DNA of 64,000 bases, from the NCBI GenBank assembly GCA_023205875.1, contig CP060756.1, positions 1,302,001 through 1,366,000 of the forward strand, read 5' to 3'. The position numbers and the translations under genes are program-made. Below the pieces are notes generated by a model. That model did no database searches. It was not told where the DNA came from and worked only from the letters and a program-made list of their open reading frames with translations. Positions 19,802 to 30,100 of this stretch are shown here, piece after piece (position 1 is the stretch's first letter; each line of letters opens with the position of its first letter). The DNA is from Chloropicon primus (taxonomy: Eukaryota).

Positions 19802-21976
19802 TTACACACTTTTTGGTTGACGCAAGTGCTTCAGGAGGACGTTGCGTGCCCCGTTCACATCCCGACCGCACTTGAAGCCACACTTCTGGCACTTGTACAC
19901 CTCTGCTCCACCCAGGTTGTCCTTGATGTGTCCGCACCTGCCACAGGTCTTGGAGGTGTACTCCTCCGTCACGATCGCCAGCTCACTGCCGTGCAAGAGC
20001 ACCTTGGAAGCCAAGAACGTTCTGAACGCATAGTGCCTCAACGTCAAGAGCGTGCGAGCCGTCTTCTTCCTGATCACTCGGCGTCTCCCGTTGTTGTTCT
20101 TCTTCACCATGTCTTGGGACTTGAACTCCGGGAGGAGGATTGTGTCGAACCTCCTGCATAGATCGTTGGCTACCTTTTTGTGAAGCTCGTTCGTCAGACC
20201 TCGAAGTTTCTCCATGCAGGCGTATTGCTGTCTCTTCAAGTCGCGGCGGTCGAGGTAAGGGAGCTTCACCTTGGGATCTTCGCGCTCGGAAATGATCCCA
20301 TCAATCCTCCAGCAGAGGTTGAACAGCCTCGCGAAGCCTCGCTCGCCCGTGGCATACTCCCCGACGCCTTCTTGCGGCGAGTACGACGTCTGAAAGGTCC
20401 TGACTCCCGGATCCAGGGCGACAACCTTCCGCTTGTTCTCAGGCTTCAGGGGTGGCAGGCGATCCCATGGCGTCGCGATGGGAATGTGCATGTGGAACTG
20501 CCCAAGGCGATTTCTTGTGATCTTCACGGCACCCTCGATCTTGCCCCCGGGGATCTCCTCCGTCAAGTACAGGGGCCCGCCGGCCATCTTCTCCTTGAAC
20601 ACCTCCAGCTTGGTCCACTTGCGTCGTTTCTTGTGCTTGGTGTCATCCTTGTGTCTCGTGTTTGGCCTTTCGATCGTCTCCACGTTCTTTAACTCTCTTG
20701 CATCAATTTCAATGGTCCAAGAACTCGGTTGCTGACGTTGACGATACTTGAGAACGAAGCGGTGCCCCTTCTCCTCGCCGCGCTCCTTCATCGCTTCCTG
20801 CTTCGCGATGTTCGAATCCCATGCCTTGATGAGACTTCGCACGGCAGCTTGTCTGATGGCACAGGGGGTTTCCTTCAGCCAAGGATGCTGCTGATTTACA
20901 AAGGCCCCGCTAACGTAGTCCCGGTCCTTGGCGACTTGGAGGCGAAAAGCTCTGCCTCCAATTTGGCTCTCGAGTCTGTTCTCTCTGGCCGCGAAAAGCT
21001 CTGCCTCCTGTTTTGTCCATGGCCGTGGAGAGCATTGGATTTCTTTCAGCTCTTTCTTCAGGCCCTCAAAGACCTCAGGGCCTCGAGGTTTGGCCGTCAC
21101 AAATCTGTCCAGCAGGACGGTCCAAACCAGCGGAAAACGCTCCTTCTTGACCGCCTCCAAACACTTGTTGTATGTGAAACGCGCAGCTCCCATCCAGTTG
21201 CAAAGGCACTTCGCCTGCTCAGGGTTCAAGCGCATCCTCAGCTTCCTCGTCCGTATCACCGTTCGCTCCGACAATAGCTTGGAGGTCTTCAGTTTCTGCC
21301 CCCTCTTCCTTTTGGCGGGCGGCTGCAATGTCTCGACGGATACCACAGAATCTTCTGGAAGGTTCAAGCACGACCTCCATCCCGTCTTCGGACACTTTAC
21401 CTCTTCAAGTTCTCTCTTCATCGATGAGAACCAGGTCTTCTTCACGCTGTCGCCCGCCAAGCCACCCGGCTGCTTCCCTGCTTTCTTCCCCCTCTTGTTC
21501 TTCTTCTTCTTACCCTTCTTCTTGTTCTTCTTCTTGCCCTTCTTGCGAGGCTTCTTGCGAGGCTTGCCTGACGAGCTCGAACTCTCACCCGCAGAGGAAG
21601 CCGCCTCCGGCGGCTTCCCCTTCCGCTTCCGCTTCCCCCCCCGCTTCTTGCGAGGCGTGCTCGAACCCTCCTCGAAAGCAGAGGCGGGGTCGTCCAGCGG
21701 CTTCTCCTTCCGCTTCCCCCCCCGCTTCTTGCGAGGCGTGCTCGAACCCTCACCCGCAGAGGCGGGGTCGTCCGCGATAGGAAGCAGGCACAACGCGTAG
21801 AGCCAGGCTAAACCCTGATTCCAGAACCGACGTAACGGCTCCGTCGTCGGAGACTCCTGCCCCGACTTCGAAGCGCCCTGAGCATGACTCTCGCCAGAGT
21901 GCGACCTCCTTGTGGAACTCGTCGAGCCACTCCCCTGCTTCTCCTTTTTCTTACGGCGCTTCCCTGATCGCGCCAT
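19802..21976 (-). CDS. Fanzor2 / IS607-TnpB-derived RNA-guided RuvC endonuclease (724 aa)
   Basis: TnpB HTH start RTRKLRMRLNPEQ...GAARFTYN; RuvC-I VALDPGVRTF; ILLPEF at the canonical RuvC-II position; alternative Glu VTEEYTSKT; zinc finger CGRC...CQKC; RuvC-III RDVNGARNVL. Lys/Arg-rich N-terminus; intronless open ORF. Confidence 0.92.
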   Translation of the reverse strand: MARSGKRRKKKEKQGSGSTSSTRRSHSGESHAQGASKSGQESPTTEPLRRFWNQGLAWLYALCLLPIADDPASAGEGSSTPRKKRGGKRKEKPLDDPASAFEEGSSTPRKKRGGKRKRKGKPPEAASSAGESSSSSGKPRKKPRKKGKKKNKKKGKKKKNKRGKKAGKQPGGLAGDSVKKTWFSSMKRELEEVKCPKTGWRSCLNLPEDSVVSVETLQPPAKRKRGQKLKTSKLLSERTVIRTRKLRMRLNPEQAKCLCNWMGAARFTYNKCLEAVKKERFPLVWTVLLDRFVTAKPRGPEVFEGLKKELKEIQCSPRPWTKQEAELFAARENRLESQIGGRAFRLQVAKDRDYVSGAFVNQQHPWLKETPCAIRQAAVRSLIKAWDSNIAKQEAMKERGEEKGHRFVLKYRQRQQPSSWTIEIDARELKNVETIERPNTRHKDDTKHKKRRKWTKLEVFKEKMAGGPLYLTEEIPGGKIEGAVKITRNRLGQFHMHIPIATPWDRLPPLKPENKRKVVALDPGVRTFQTSYSPQEGVGEYATGERGFARLFNLCWRIDGIISEREDPKVKLPYLDRRDLKRQQYACMEKLRGLTNELHKKVANDLCRRFDTILLPEFKSQDMVKKNNNGRRRVIRKKTARTLLTLRHYAFRTFLASKVLLHGSELAIVTEEYTSKTCGRCGHIKDNLGGAEVYKCQKCGFKCGRDVNGARNVLLKHLRQPKSV
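21330..21950 (-). pseudogene. Vestigial IS607 TnpA serine-recombinase reading frame overlapping the Fanzor N-terminus
   Basis: The frame shifted by one base reads DEFHKEVALWRE..FEVGAGVS..TSVLE..RVVPASYRGRPRLCG*GFEH...DLVLIDEERT*..VSEDGMEVVLEPSRRFCGIRR. This is collinear with the recalled IS607 TnpA motifs (DDLERQV, EVGSGLN, DRLCRFGFE, EDL..I...FS.RLYG.R). It has stops and no RVS catalytic motif. Confidence 0.6.
21530..21776 (-). repeat. Three imperfect ~80-nt coding repeats in the Fanzor N-terminus
   Basis: DDPASAGEGSSTPRKKRGGKRK / DDPASAFEEGSSTPRKKRGGKRK / EAASSAGESSSSSGKPRKK. Confidence 0.8.
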
Positions 21977-21985
21977 GACGGTTAT

Positions 21986-21993
21986 TAGGGTTT
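21986..21993 (-). promoter_or_regulatory. Telo-box (AAACCCTA) 9 nt upstream of the Fanzor ATG
   Basis: tagggttt on the plus strand; a known green-lineage promoter/5'UTR motif, but a single 8-mer. Confidence 0.35.
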
Positions 21994-22222
21994 CACTCGC
22001 TTCCCTCCTCGTAACTCCTCGTAACTATAGATTTGCCTTGTCCAGCAAGTGAGAACACGAGAAAAACGCTTAGGGGGTTGTCCTTTGGGTGTGACCAAAC
22101 TGGTATACACTGGAATCCCACCAACAGGGGAAAACCTCCAACATCTGGTGGCCACGAGAGAGAGCCAGGGGTGGGGGTGACGACGACAGAGCCTCTCTGT
22201 CTGTCCTCGCTTTCGCTGCACC

Positions 22223-23515
22223 ATGGCCGGCGTGTCGCCTTTGCGGCGGAGGGCGTACTCGTCCTCGCCCGTGCGGTATTTATCCACACCGCCACCAGGC
22301 CTGCGAAGGGGCAAGACCGCGAGGACGTTCACGACGATGATGACGTTGAGGAGGAGGAAGAATCTTGTTGTTGGGTTGTCGTCCAGGAACTCCTCCTGGA
22401 GGGTTGACGCGATGGTGGACGACAAGACAGGGCCTCCTGCTGCTGCCGCGACGACGACGACGTCGTCGTCGTCGGGGTACGACAGCAACGTGGAGACGTA
22501 CAGGAAGCCCCCGAGGTGGCTGAAGAACTTGGAGACCGAGGAGGACGAGACCCGGGTCCTGAACTACGGGATCAACCTCGCGCTCGTCCTGGGCACGGGC
22601 CTCGTGTTCGGGTACAAGTTCTTCTCCATCGACGCGGACCTGTGGAGGGGCTGGACCCTGCTGGAGATCCTCTCCGCGGTCCCGAGGGACAACTGGAGCT
22701 TCTACGAGGCGAGCCTGGCCTCCCACCCCGTCGTGAGCAAGGCCTTCATCAGCGGCTTGGTGTACGGCCTGGGGGACCTCACGGCGCAGACCTACGAGGG
22801 CAAGTCCATCGGGAGCCTGGACAGGGGGAGGATGATCAGGAGCGCGCTGACGGGGCTGATCGCTCACGGGCCCTGCTCCCACGTGTGGTACATCTTCGCC
22901 GACGACTTGTGCGCCCCCCTCGGGGACGGCGTCGTGGGCGTCGGGGTCAAACTCCTCCTGGACCAGACGGTGTGGGCCTTCATCTGGCTGTCCATCTACT
23001 ACGGCGTGCTCGGGGCCCTGAACTTCGACACGCCGGAGAAGATCGTCAAGACCTTCAAGACGAGTTTCCTGCCCGTGTGCCTGGTCGGCTGGAGGTTCTG
23101 GCCCTTTGTGCACATCATCACGTACGGCTTCGTCCCACAGCAGCAGCGGCTGCTGTGGGTGGACGTCTGCGAGATCGTGTGGGTCACGATCTTGTCCTTT
23201 GTCGGCAATCAGAAGAGGAAGGATGCCGTGGTTGTCTCGCAGGAGGCCGTGGAGGAGGGCACCGAGGACGTCGGGCCCGTCGCCGTGATTGGTCAGGTCG
23301 CCTGCGCCTTGCCCACCGCGGTTAGCGGCGGGAATCCCGCCGAGGAGATCGCCCGGTCGATGGAAATCGAGAGGACCGTGTGCATCGTGAACAAGGCAGA
23401 AGACATCTGCGCCCCGGCCGGGGTCATGTTCGGGAAGGAGGAAGAAGAGGAGGAGGGGGAGTCCTGGCTGGGAAAGGGTGAGGACGACGGGAAGGACGCG
23501 GAGAGCGTCCTGTGA
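22223..23515 (+). CDS. Mpv17/PMP22 family membrane protein (probably plastid-targeted)
   Basis: HPVVSKAFISGLVYGLGDLTAQ, HGPCSHVWY, KLLLDQTVW, GWRFWPFVHIITYGFVP..RLLWVDVCEIVWVTILS. Confidence 0.9.
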   Translation: MAGVSPLRRRAYSSSPVRYLSTPPPGLRRGKTARTFTTMMTLRRRKNLVVGLSSRNSSWRVDAMVDDKTGPPAAAATTTTSSSSGYDSNVETYRKPPRWLKNLETEEDETRVLNYGINLALVLGTGLVFGYKFFSIDADLWRGWTLLEILSAVPRDNWSFYEASLASHPVVSKAFISGLVYGLGDLTAQTYEGKSIGSLDRGRMIRSALTGLIAHGPCSHVWYIFADDLCAPLGDGVVGVGVKLLLDQTVWAFIWLSIYYGVLGALNFDTPEKIVKTFKTSFLPVCLVGWRFWPFVHIITYGFVPQQQRLLWVDVCEIVWVTILSFVGNQKRKDAVVVSQEAVEEGTEDVGPVAVIGQVACALPTAVSGGNPAEEIARSMEIERTVCIVNKAEDICAPAGVMFGKEEEEEEGESWLGKGEDDGKDAESVL

Positions 23516-24059
23516 CCCGTCTTCACCAGATGGAAGCTTTGCCACCAAGTGCACTTTACTACGTACGACAACAAAGTGGACCTGGTCGAGCCTGGCAAGT
23601 ACACCACAGCCATCCAGAGATCGGGGCAGAATCCTCGGGGCATTTTCCCAAGGAGAAGGTCGTGAGGAAGAGGCACGAAAAGAAGGTTGCCGATCGTGAA
23701 TCGCCTCATCAAATGGAGGGCGTGGAGAGAAACAGGAAATGGGTCACTGTAAAGTACACTACGGGGTAGACGTGTAATTCATATGCATTTGGCGCGACGA
23801 CCTCTTCTTGGATAATGGCGGTGGTTCTCAAAGGGAGGACCACTCCTTTTTGCCAAAACCCTCCAGCCGAGGTGTCAATCGAAAGCCCTTGAGACGCGCT
23901 TCCGTTCTTTCAACACCTCCTCCCCTTCCCCGTCCCCGTCCGTGCACAAAGTCCTCGACAAAAATGCCTTCCCTCTCCCTCTCCCGACGAACCCGAGCGT
24001 TTAATCTCTTCGCGCGAGGAAATCCTGCAGGAGGGGACTCCCTGGCGAGCCCCAGGAGG

Positions 24060-25313
24060 ATGAAGTTCAAGGCGCCCCCTCCGCCGAAGTTCAAGGCCCC
24101 GCCCCCTCCGCCGACGAAGACGCCGAGCGGTGGCTACGTGGAGCCGGAGTGGAGCGGCAAGCCCGACGGGATCCAGTACTCGCTCGAGTTGATCAAGGGG
24201 GGAACTTCGTTTGGGAGTAAGCGCATTGCGGACAAGTCGTTCTATACCCTCGGTCGCATGCCGGACTGCGACATTGTGCTGGATCACCCCTCGTCGTCGA
24301 GGCTTCACGCAATTATCCAGTACCGGTCGGACGGCGCGTCTTTCGTCTATGACAACGGGAGTACCCATTGCACGAGGTTGAACAAGAACGTGCTCAAGCC
24401 CAAGGTGCATGCTCCTCTTCGGGTTGGGGACGTCCTGAGGTTCGGGGAGAGCACTCGGCTGTACCTGTTCCAGGGGCCGGACGACCTCAGGCCCCCGGAG
24501 CGGAACGAGCGGGCGGAACCCCCGCCTCAACGTATTTCCCATAAATCTCCAACCCCTTCCAACGAGGTCGCGTTGGACCTGGATTGGAGGGACCGGCTTC
24601 AGAGGGGGCAGCTCACGGAGAAGCAGACCACGGCGGCGGAGAAGATCTTGAGGAAGGAGAGGACGATCGAGAACTTGAGGAGCGAGGTGGAGAAGATCAG
24701 GGCGAAGGAGTCCGCCGGCTCGCTCACCGAGGGCCAGCAGACGCAGCTCGGCAGGTGCGAGAAAAGGCTCGGGCAGCTCCAGGGGGAGGTTGACCAAGCC
24801 GAGGAAGTGTTGGAAGGCTCCCTGGCGGAGTCCCACCAGGCGAGGAGCAAGGGCGGCAAGAAGCGGGTGGAGAGAAGTCCTTGGGAGGAGGACGGCGACG
24901 ATCGGGACAGCGACGAGGACGGGTTCTACGACAGGACCAGCGCGGACGGGGGTGCGCGGAGGAAGAAGAGGAGGGGGGGGAAGGGTGGAGGCGAAGAGGT
25001 GGAGAGCGCGGCGTCCCTGCGAGGCAAGCTGGACGCGCTCTTGGCGGAGAGGGCGGAGAAATCAAAGGCTCTGGAGGAGCTGGTGAGGGCGTACAGGGAG
25101 GAGGGGTCTTCCGCTGGTTCGGCGAGCCGGCCCGAGGCGGGCGAGGACGAAGACGACCCCCTGGACGCCTACCTGAGGGAGATGAAGGTCAAGGAGAAGC
25201 AGAAGAAGATCTTCGCCCTGCAGGAGGACTTGAGCCGAGTCCAAGTGCAACTGGACCGAGCCACCAAGCTCATGCAAGCCGCAGATCCGAGCTTCGCGCT
25301 CTACGCTAAATAA
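24060..25313 (+). CDS. FHA-domain protein, kanadaptin (SLC4A1AP)-like
   Basis: YVEPEWS, LGRMPDCDIVLDHPSSSRLHAIIQ, DNGSTHCT, GDVLRFGESTRLY; coiled coil; DSDEDGFYDRT; DPLDAYL. Confidence 0.85.
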   Translation: MKFKAPPPPKFKAPPPPPTKTPSGGYVEPEWSGKPDGIQYSLELIKGGTSFGSKRIADKSFYTLGRMPDCDIVLDHPSSSRLHAIIQYRSDGASFVYDNGSTHCTRLNKNVLKPKVHAPLRVGDVLRFGESTRLYLFQGPDDLRPPERNERAEPPPQRISHKSPTPSNEVALDLDWRDRLQRGQLTEKQTTAAEKILRKERTIENLRSEVEKIRAKESAGSLTEGQQTQLGRCEKRLGQLQGEVDQAEEVLEGSLAESHQARSKGGKKRVERSPWEEDGDDRDSDEDGFYDRTSADGGARRKKRRGGKGGGEEVESAASLRGKLDALLAERAEKSKALEELVRAYREEGSSAGSASRPEAGEDEDDPLDAYLREMKVKEKQKKIFALQEDLSRVQVQLDRATKLMQAADPSFALYAK

Positions 25314-25447
25314 GATAAAATAAGCTAAATCGGTGATTTTCGTGGTCCAGAGTGGCGGAGAGAGAGAGGGAGAGAAGAGAGGAGAGAGGAGTGAGAGAGA
25401 GAGGAGTGCTTGCTTCCTTGGGTGCGTGCGTGTGTTCAGTCATCACC

Positions 25448-26111
25448 ATGAGGGCGGGAGTGACGAGGACGACGACGAGGGGGTTCGTGGGGGCGCCGGG
25501 GAGGGTCTCCACGCAGAGGCAAGGGCCCCTGGTCAGGAAGGCTGGGAGGGGGTGGCAGCACTTGAGGAAGGAGAGCACCGTGAGGACGAAGGCGGTGGAC
25601 ATGTTCGTCGAGGAGGAGACCACTCTGAACATTTTCCAGACCATTCTCCTGGTGTTCGGCGGGGCCGCGGGGATTGCCGCGGGGATTGCCGTGCCGACGT
25701 TCTACCAGACGCAGTCGGACGCCTCCGAGGAGAGGCCCAACTCGCAGCCCTGCTACCCTTGCGACGGGACGGGGGAGACCGTGTGCAGGTTTTGCAACGG
25801 GACGGGGGAGACGACGATGACCCTGGGGAGCGGTGAGACGAAGGTGTCGACTTGCGTCAACTGCTCTGGTGCGGGAAAGATTGTTTGCACCACCTGCAAC
25901 GGGACTGGCATCCAGCCGCGTTACTTGGACAGGAGGTACGTACGACGCAGCAGCACGAGGAGGGGGAGGAGGGCACGTGCGGCGAGGACGAGCACCGGGA
26001 CGCTCAACGCTTACCACGTGAGACTGACACTCGTATCAACTCTTTCCTTTGCTCTTCCACCACGCTTCCCGCGCCGCGCCCGACTGCAGGGTCTTCGCCG
26101 ACGACGACTAA
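25448..26111 (+). CDS. LQY1: Thylakoid DnaJ-like zinc-finger protein disulfide isomerase LQY1
   Basis: Transit peptide, TM helix, PTFYQTQ, four CxxCxGxG repeats, GIQPRYLDRR|VFADDD*; intron 25936..26089. Confidence 0.88.
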
Positions 26112-26562
26112 TCCAATCACAGCGAGGGTTCGCGACTCGTCGTCGTCGTCGGAAAAAACCAATATATTGTAAACAAGCCAGCATTCAATTATCGTGCCTC
26201 TCTCTCCGCCTCTGGACAGGAAGGGGGTGACCCACGCACGCCCTGCCCTTCTCTTCTCTCGCCCATCATCAAGTTTGTGCTTGGTGGCCTTCTTGGTGGT
26301 CGCCCGCGGCGTTCGTCTTCCTCCTTCCCAGTCAGGTCAGGTCAGGTTCACTGTTTCTAGCCTCCGATCGGATCGGGCGCACGAGGTGGTTGGATTGGCA
26401 TTGGCATTGGCCCAAAACCTTCCCTCCCCCTCTCCTCCCTCTGCCAATGCCAAACCTTGGCAGAGGGAGGAGAGGGGACTTTCCTTTCGTTTCGCGCGCT
26501 TTTTTCGACGACTCCACTCCATCAAGTAGGCCCCGCGAGAGAGAGGAGGGAGAAGGAGTGCG

Positions 26563-27096
26563 ATGAGGGCATCCGGCGGCAGCAGGCTGAGCGCGAGGCA
26601 AGCGTCCTTCCTGGAGGAGCTCCAGCACACTTCCGATTGCAACGAGACGGTGAAGGAGCTCTTGGAGCTGAAGGAGAACTCGCGACAGATTAGGAGCAAC
26701 CTGGTGGACTTGCAGGTCAAGAGAAAGTGCCTCCTCCACGGGCTGGAGAAGTGGTCCAGGCTGAGCGACATGGCTCGAAGGAACAGGCAGGGATCGGAGG
26801 TGCTCGCCAGAAAGTACCCGGGGTCAATGCGAGGCGAGGCGACTAAGCTCAAGAGCTTCTACCGGAGGGTGGACGCCAGGCTGCAGCACGAGAAGGCGGA
26901 CATCGAGTCCCAGCTGCTGGCGAACGACGGCAAGATCGAAAAGGTGAAGGACGAGGGAAGGGGTTGCAGGGCGGCCCAGCAGGAGAAGTACGAGGAGTAC
27001 ACCCTGCTGCGGAACAAGATCGCGAACTGCCAAGAACACCAGAGGCACTGCCTCTTCGCTCGGACCCTGTGGCAGCCGACGCCTTGTGGGGTTTGA
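26563..27096 (+). CDS. Hypothetical coiled-coil protein
   Basis: 177-aa GC3-rich ORF with heptad character; no family confidently recognised. Confidence 0.55.
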   Translation: MRASGGSRLSARQASFLEELQHTSDCNETVKELLELKENSRQIRSNLVDLQVKRKCLLHGLEKWSRLSDMARRNRQGSEVLARKYPGSMRGEATKLKSFYRRVDARLQHEKADIESQLLANDGKIEKVKDEGRGCRAAQQEKYEEYTLLRNKIANCQEHQRHCLFARTLWQPTPCGV

Positions 27097-27162
27097 TAAA
27101 GTGATAATTATACACTACGTTCTGTGCTTTACAATCGATTGCTGTAATATACATCATGTGTG

Positions 27163-30100
27163 TCATTGCTGACTCGCTTGTTCTCTTCGGCGGCCGTCGA
27201 TGGCCTGCCTCTCCTCCCCCCCCTCCTCCTCCTCCTCCTTGGAGAAGGCGAGACTCAGGAGGTAGGTGTGACAGACCTTCTTCGCAAAAGAGGTGGGGAT
27301 GACCCAAGAGAGCCTCCTGTAGCCGAAGACGATGGCCGTGCCGAGCCCCCTCCTCACCCACTTGTTCCCGCACCTGCGGCGAACGAGCTTGTGGAAGGGA
27401 AGAGCTCTCGCAAGCGAGCCCGAGGCCAGAACGATGGCGACGTTCTGGACGAAAGATGAGACTATCATGAGAAGCTGCCTCCTCGGATCCTTCCTCTTCT
27501 GCGACAGGTGCCTGAGTTTGGCGCTGAACGAGGAGGAGTCAAGACCGGTGATGTGCATGCTCTTCTTGGTGCTGAGCTCGTCCCCCTCTATCAGCCCCTC
27601 CGACGCCATGATGAATTCGACGTAGTCCAGGAGTTCCTCTCTCTCGGATTCCAGGATCGGAAGGTTCCTTATGGACAGCAGGTTGTCCTCTATCGAGACC
27701 TGGCAGTTCTTGAGCTGGAATACGTGGTCCACGATCCCCTGCAGGTAAGCCTCGAGGTACGTGTCGTTCATTCCCACCGCTTCAGAGAGTCTGAAGGTGG
27801 CCGTCAGATCCGAGGTCAGCGCATTTCTGGAGGCCCACAGCCTGAACATGGCCTGCTTAGGTGGCGTGGTGAGCATCCGCAAGGACGACAGCGTGACGGC
27901 GCTGTACACCCCCTTCAGGCCATTCGTCTCCGCCCCCTTCACAGCCGAGTCGGTCATGTCCGAAGCAGTGCTAATGATGATCGTCCACCCCGCGTGCTTC
28001 ACCGACGCGGCCGTGGCTCTGCATACAAACACAAGAGGATCCACGAAAAGCCTCCACGGCCTGGTGATCCAATTCCCGCCCCTCTTCCGGTCCTGCTTCT
28101 CCCCCGGCTCTGTCGTCCCTCTCCTGTTCCCCACGGCTTCCAAGTACTGGTCGACCGCAGTGTCAACCCAAGGCACCTTGAAGTCCACGCTCTCCCTCGC
28201 GATCGCGAGGAGGACGCTTTGAGTCAGCTGCTGGCTCACAGTCTTTGCGATGTCCTTGCCAGACATCTCAATGTCGCTCAGCAATATCCTTTTCTGAAAC
28301 AGGTGCACGGTTCCAATCTCCGGCGCCCCCAGGACGTTCAGGATGGTCTCAAAATCGCTGAGAACCGAGTTCACCTCCACCGCTTGCGCCAAAGTTGCTG
28401 TCATGTTGTCGCTCGATCTTGACAACTTAAACGTGGCTTCAATATCCGGAAGCAGAACGTCTATGACTTTAATCTTGCGGTTGCCATCCATCCACCCGGA
28501 GGCCCTCCTCTTCTTCTCCTGGACTTCCCCGTCTTTCTTCTTCCTCCACCACTTTTGTATCTTTGTTGCGGCAGCCGAGCTCCTATCCAGTTTCCCCTGA
28601 TCTCGACGCCCCCAGAACCATTTCCTCTTCCTCGGATCCTTTCTGCCTCCGCTCCCCGCTCTCAATCTCTCGCTCTCGCTCTCTGGCCGCTCCCCCCATG
28701 AACTCTTAGTCTTGGCACCGGATTCACCTCTCTCGCGCTGCTTGTTCCCCTTCCAGGCCTTCTGGATCTTCCTCGCAGCCTCAACCTCCTTCTTGTTGTA
28801 CGTGGGGAAGAGCGTCATCAACTGCTGAACAATGGGCTCGTGGACAACGATCGACACCGGAGACAGATAGAGAAAGAGAGAAAGGCCTTCCTCCGAGTTG
28901 TTGTTGGCCGGGGCAGACTCCAACCGGAGATGAACATTGATTTGCGCGGCCTCCCCTTGGGTTGCATTTTGCCTCAGGGGGTTGTTGGGGAGGCCTCTCC
29001 GCCTCAGACACACAACAGACTCGGCGTCCGGGTGGTGGGTGTCGATGTCAAACCTGTGAATCGCTACCCTCGTATCGTCCAACCCGACGGAAGCCCCGGT
29101 CCTCGCGCTTGCTTGCACCAAGCGGCCCACCAGCAATTGGCATTTTGGATTGGTCTGGGTGCTGACAACTTTGAAGTTGATTTGGGCAACGTGATAGACT
29201 GAGATCTGCGTGCCCGACACTGGAGCTTTCGCTGGCTTCCTTGCCTTTGGAGTAGTCCTCTTTTTGCGCGAATAGCCCGTCACGCAAAGGGTGCTCTGAA
29301 GCTTCCTCAGGTGCCGGACGTGAAACTTGCCGACGGTCGCGCCCTGCAATCCTTGCAAAATGATCGCCAAGCACTCGATGGCGCACTCATTGATCTCAAT
29401 ATCCATCGGGCTCCACAAGTACACGCCAAAGAGGCTCTCGGGCACGCCTTGGTTGTCAGCCTGGTGCCCTGCGATGGCCGCCGAGGAGCACACCACGACT
29501 CTGGAAACCTGGCAAGCCGTTAGCATAGGCTCAGAGGGATCCTCACTGTCTCTCAGCAGAACGGCAAGGGCGAGGTTCACCTCCATTTGGCTCACACAGC
29601 GGGACCCCAAAACCGAGGTGGAGAGGCTAAGGACAATCCTGCAGAGCTCGTGGTCAAGGCCATCAGTCACGAGAGGGAAAGCCTTCTCGTCCAAGACGGT
29701 TTCGTCCTTCCTCGACAGCAAATGAAGCTGCACTTGCTGGCATTGCATCTCAAACACTGGGACTGGCGCAGCCGGAGCAGAACCAACGCCAACGAGTTCG
29801 ACCTGGCCAGGCGTGCCTTTGTGAAAGAAGAAGATTCCTCTCTTGCTGAGGCTGAGTGGCAACCTCTCCTTCTTGCAGAAGATCTTACCGGTTCTGTCCA
29901 AGCCGAAAACGCTACCGAATCGGCTGATCGTCACCTTGCCCTTCTTGCCCAGCGCCACAAAGTAATTCTCCCAACCATCGTATCCGCACAGCCCCAGCCT
30001 GAAGAATTTGCTCCCCCTGATTCTGTGAACCTTGAAGAGGCTGCACACGGAGTTGCACTGGAGCAGGTTTGGGGCCAAGTGGCTGACCATCGCTTCGTGG

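Noticed and set aside
19215..22222. Defined transposon ends or target-site duplication for the Fanzor element
   Set aside because: No convincing long TIRs or TSD visible from one copy; needs other copies or an empty site.
26563..27096. Tektin-like assignment
   Set aside because: Only generic coiled-coil resemblance; the tektin signature is not visible.
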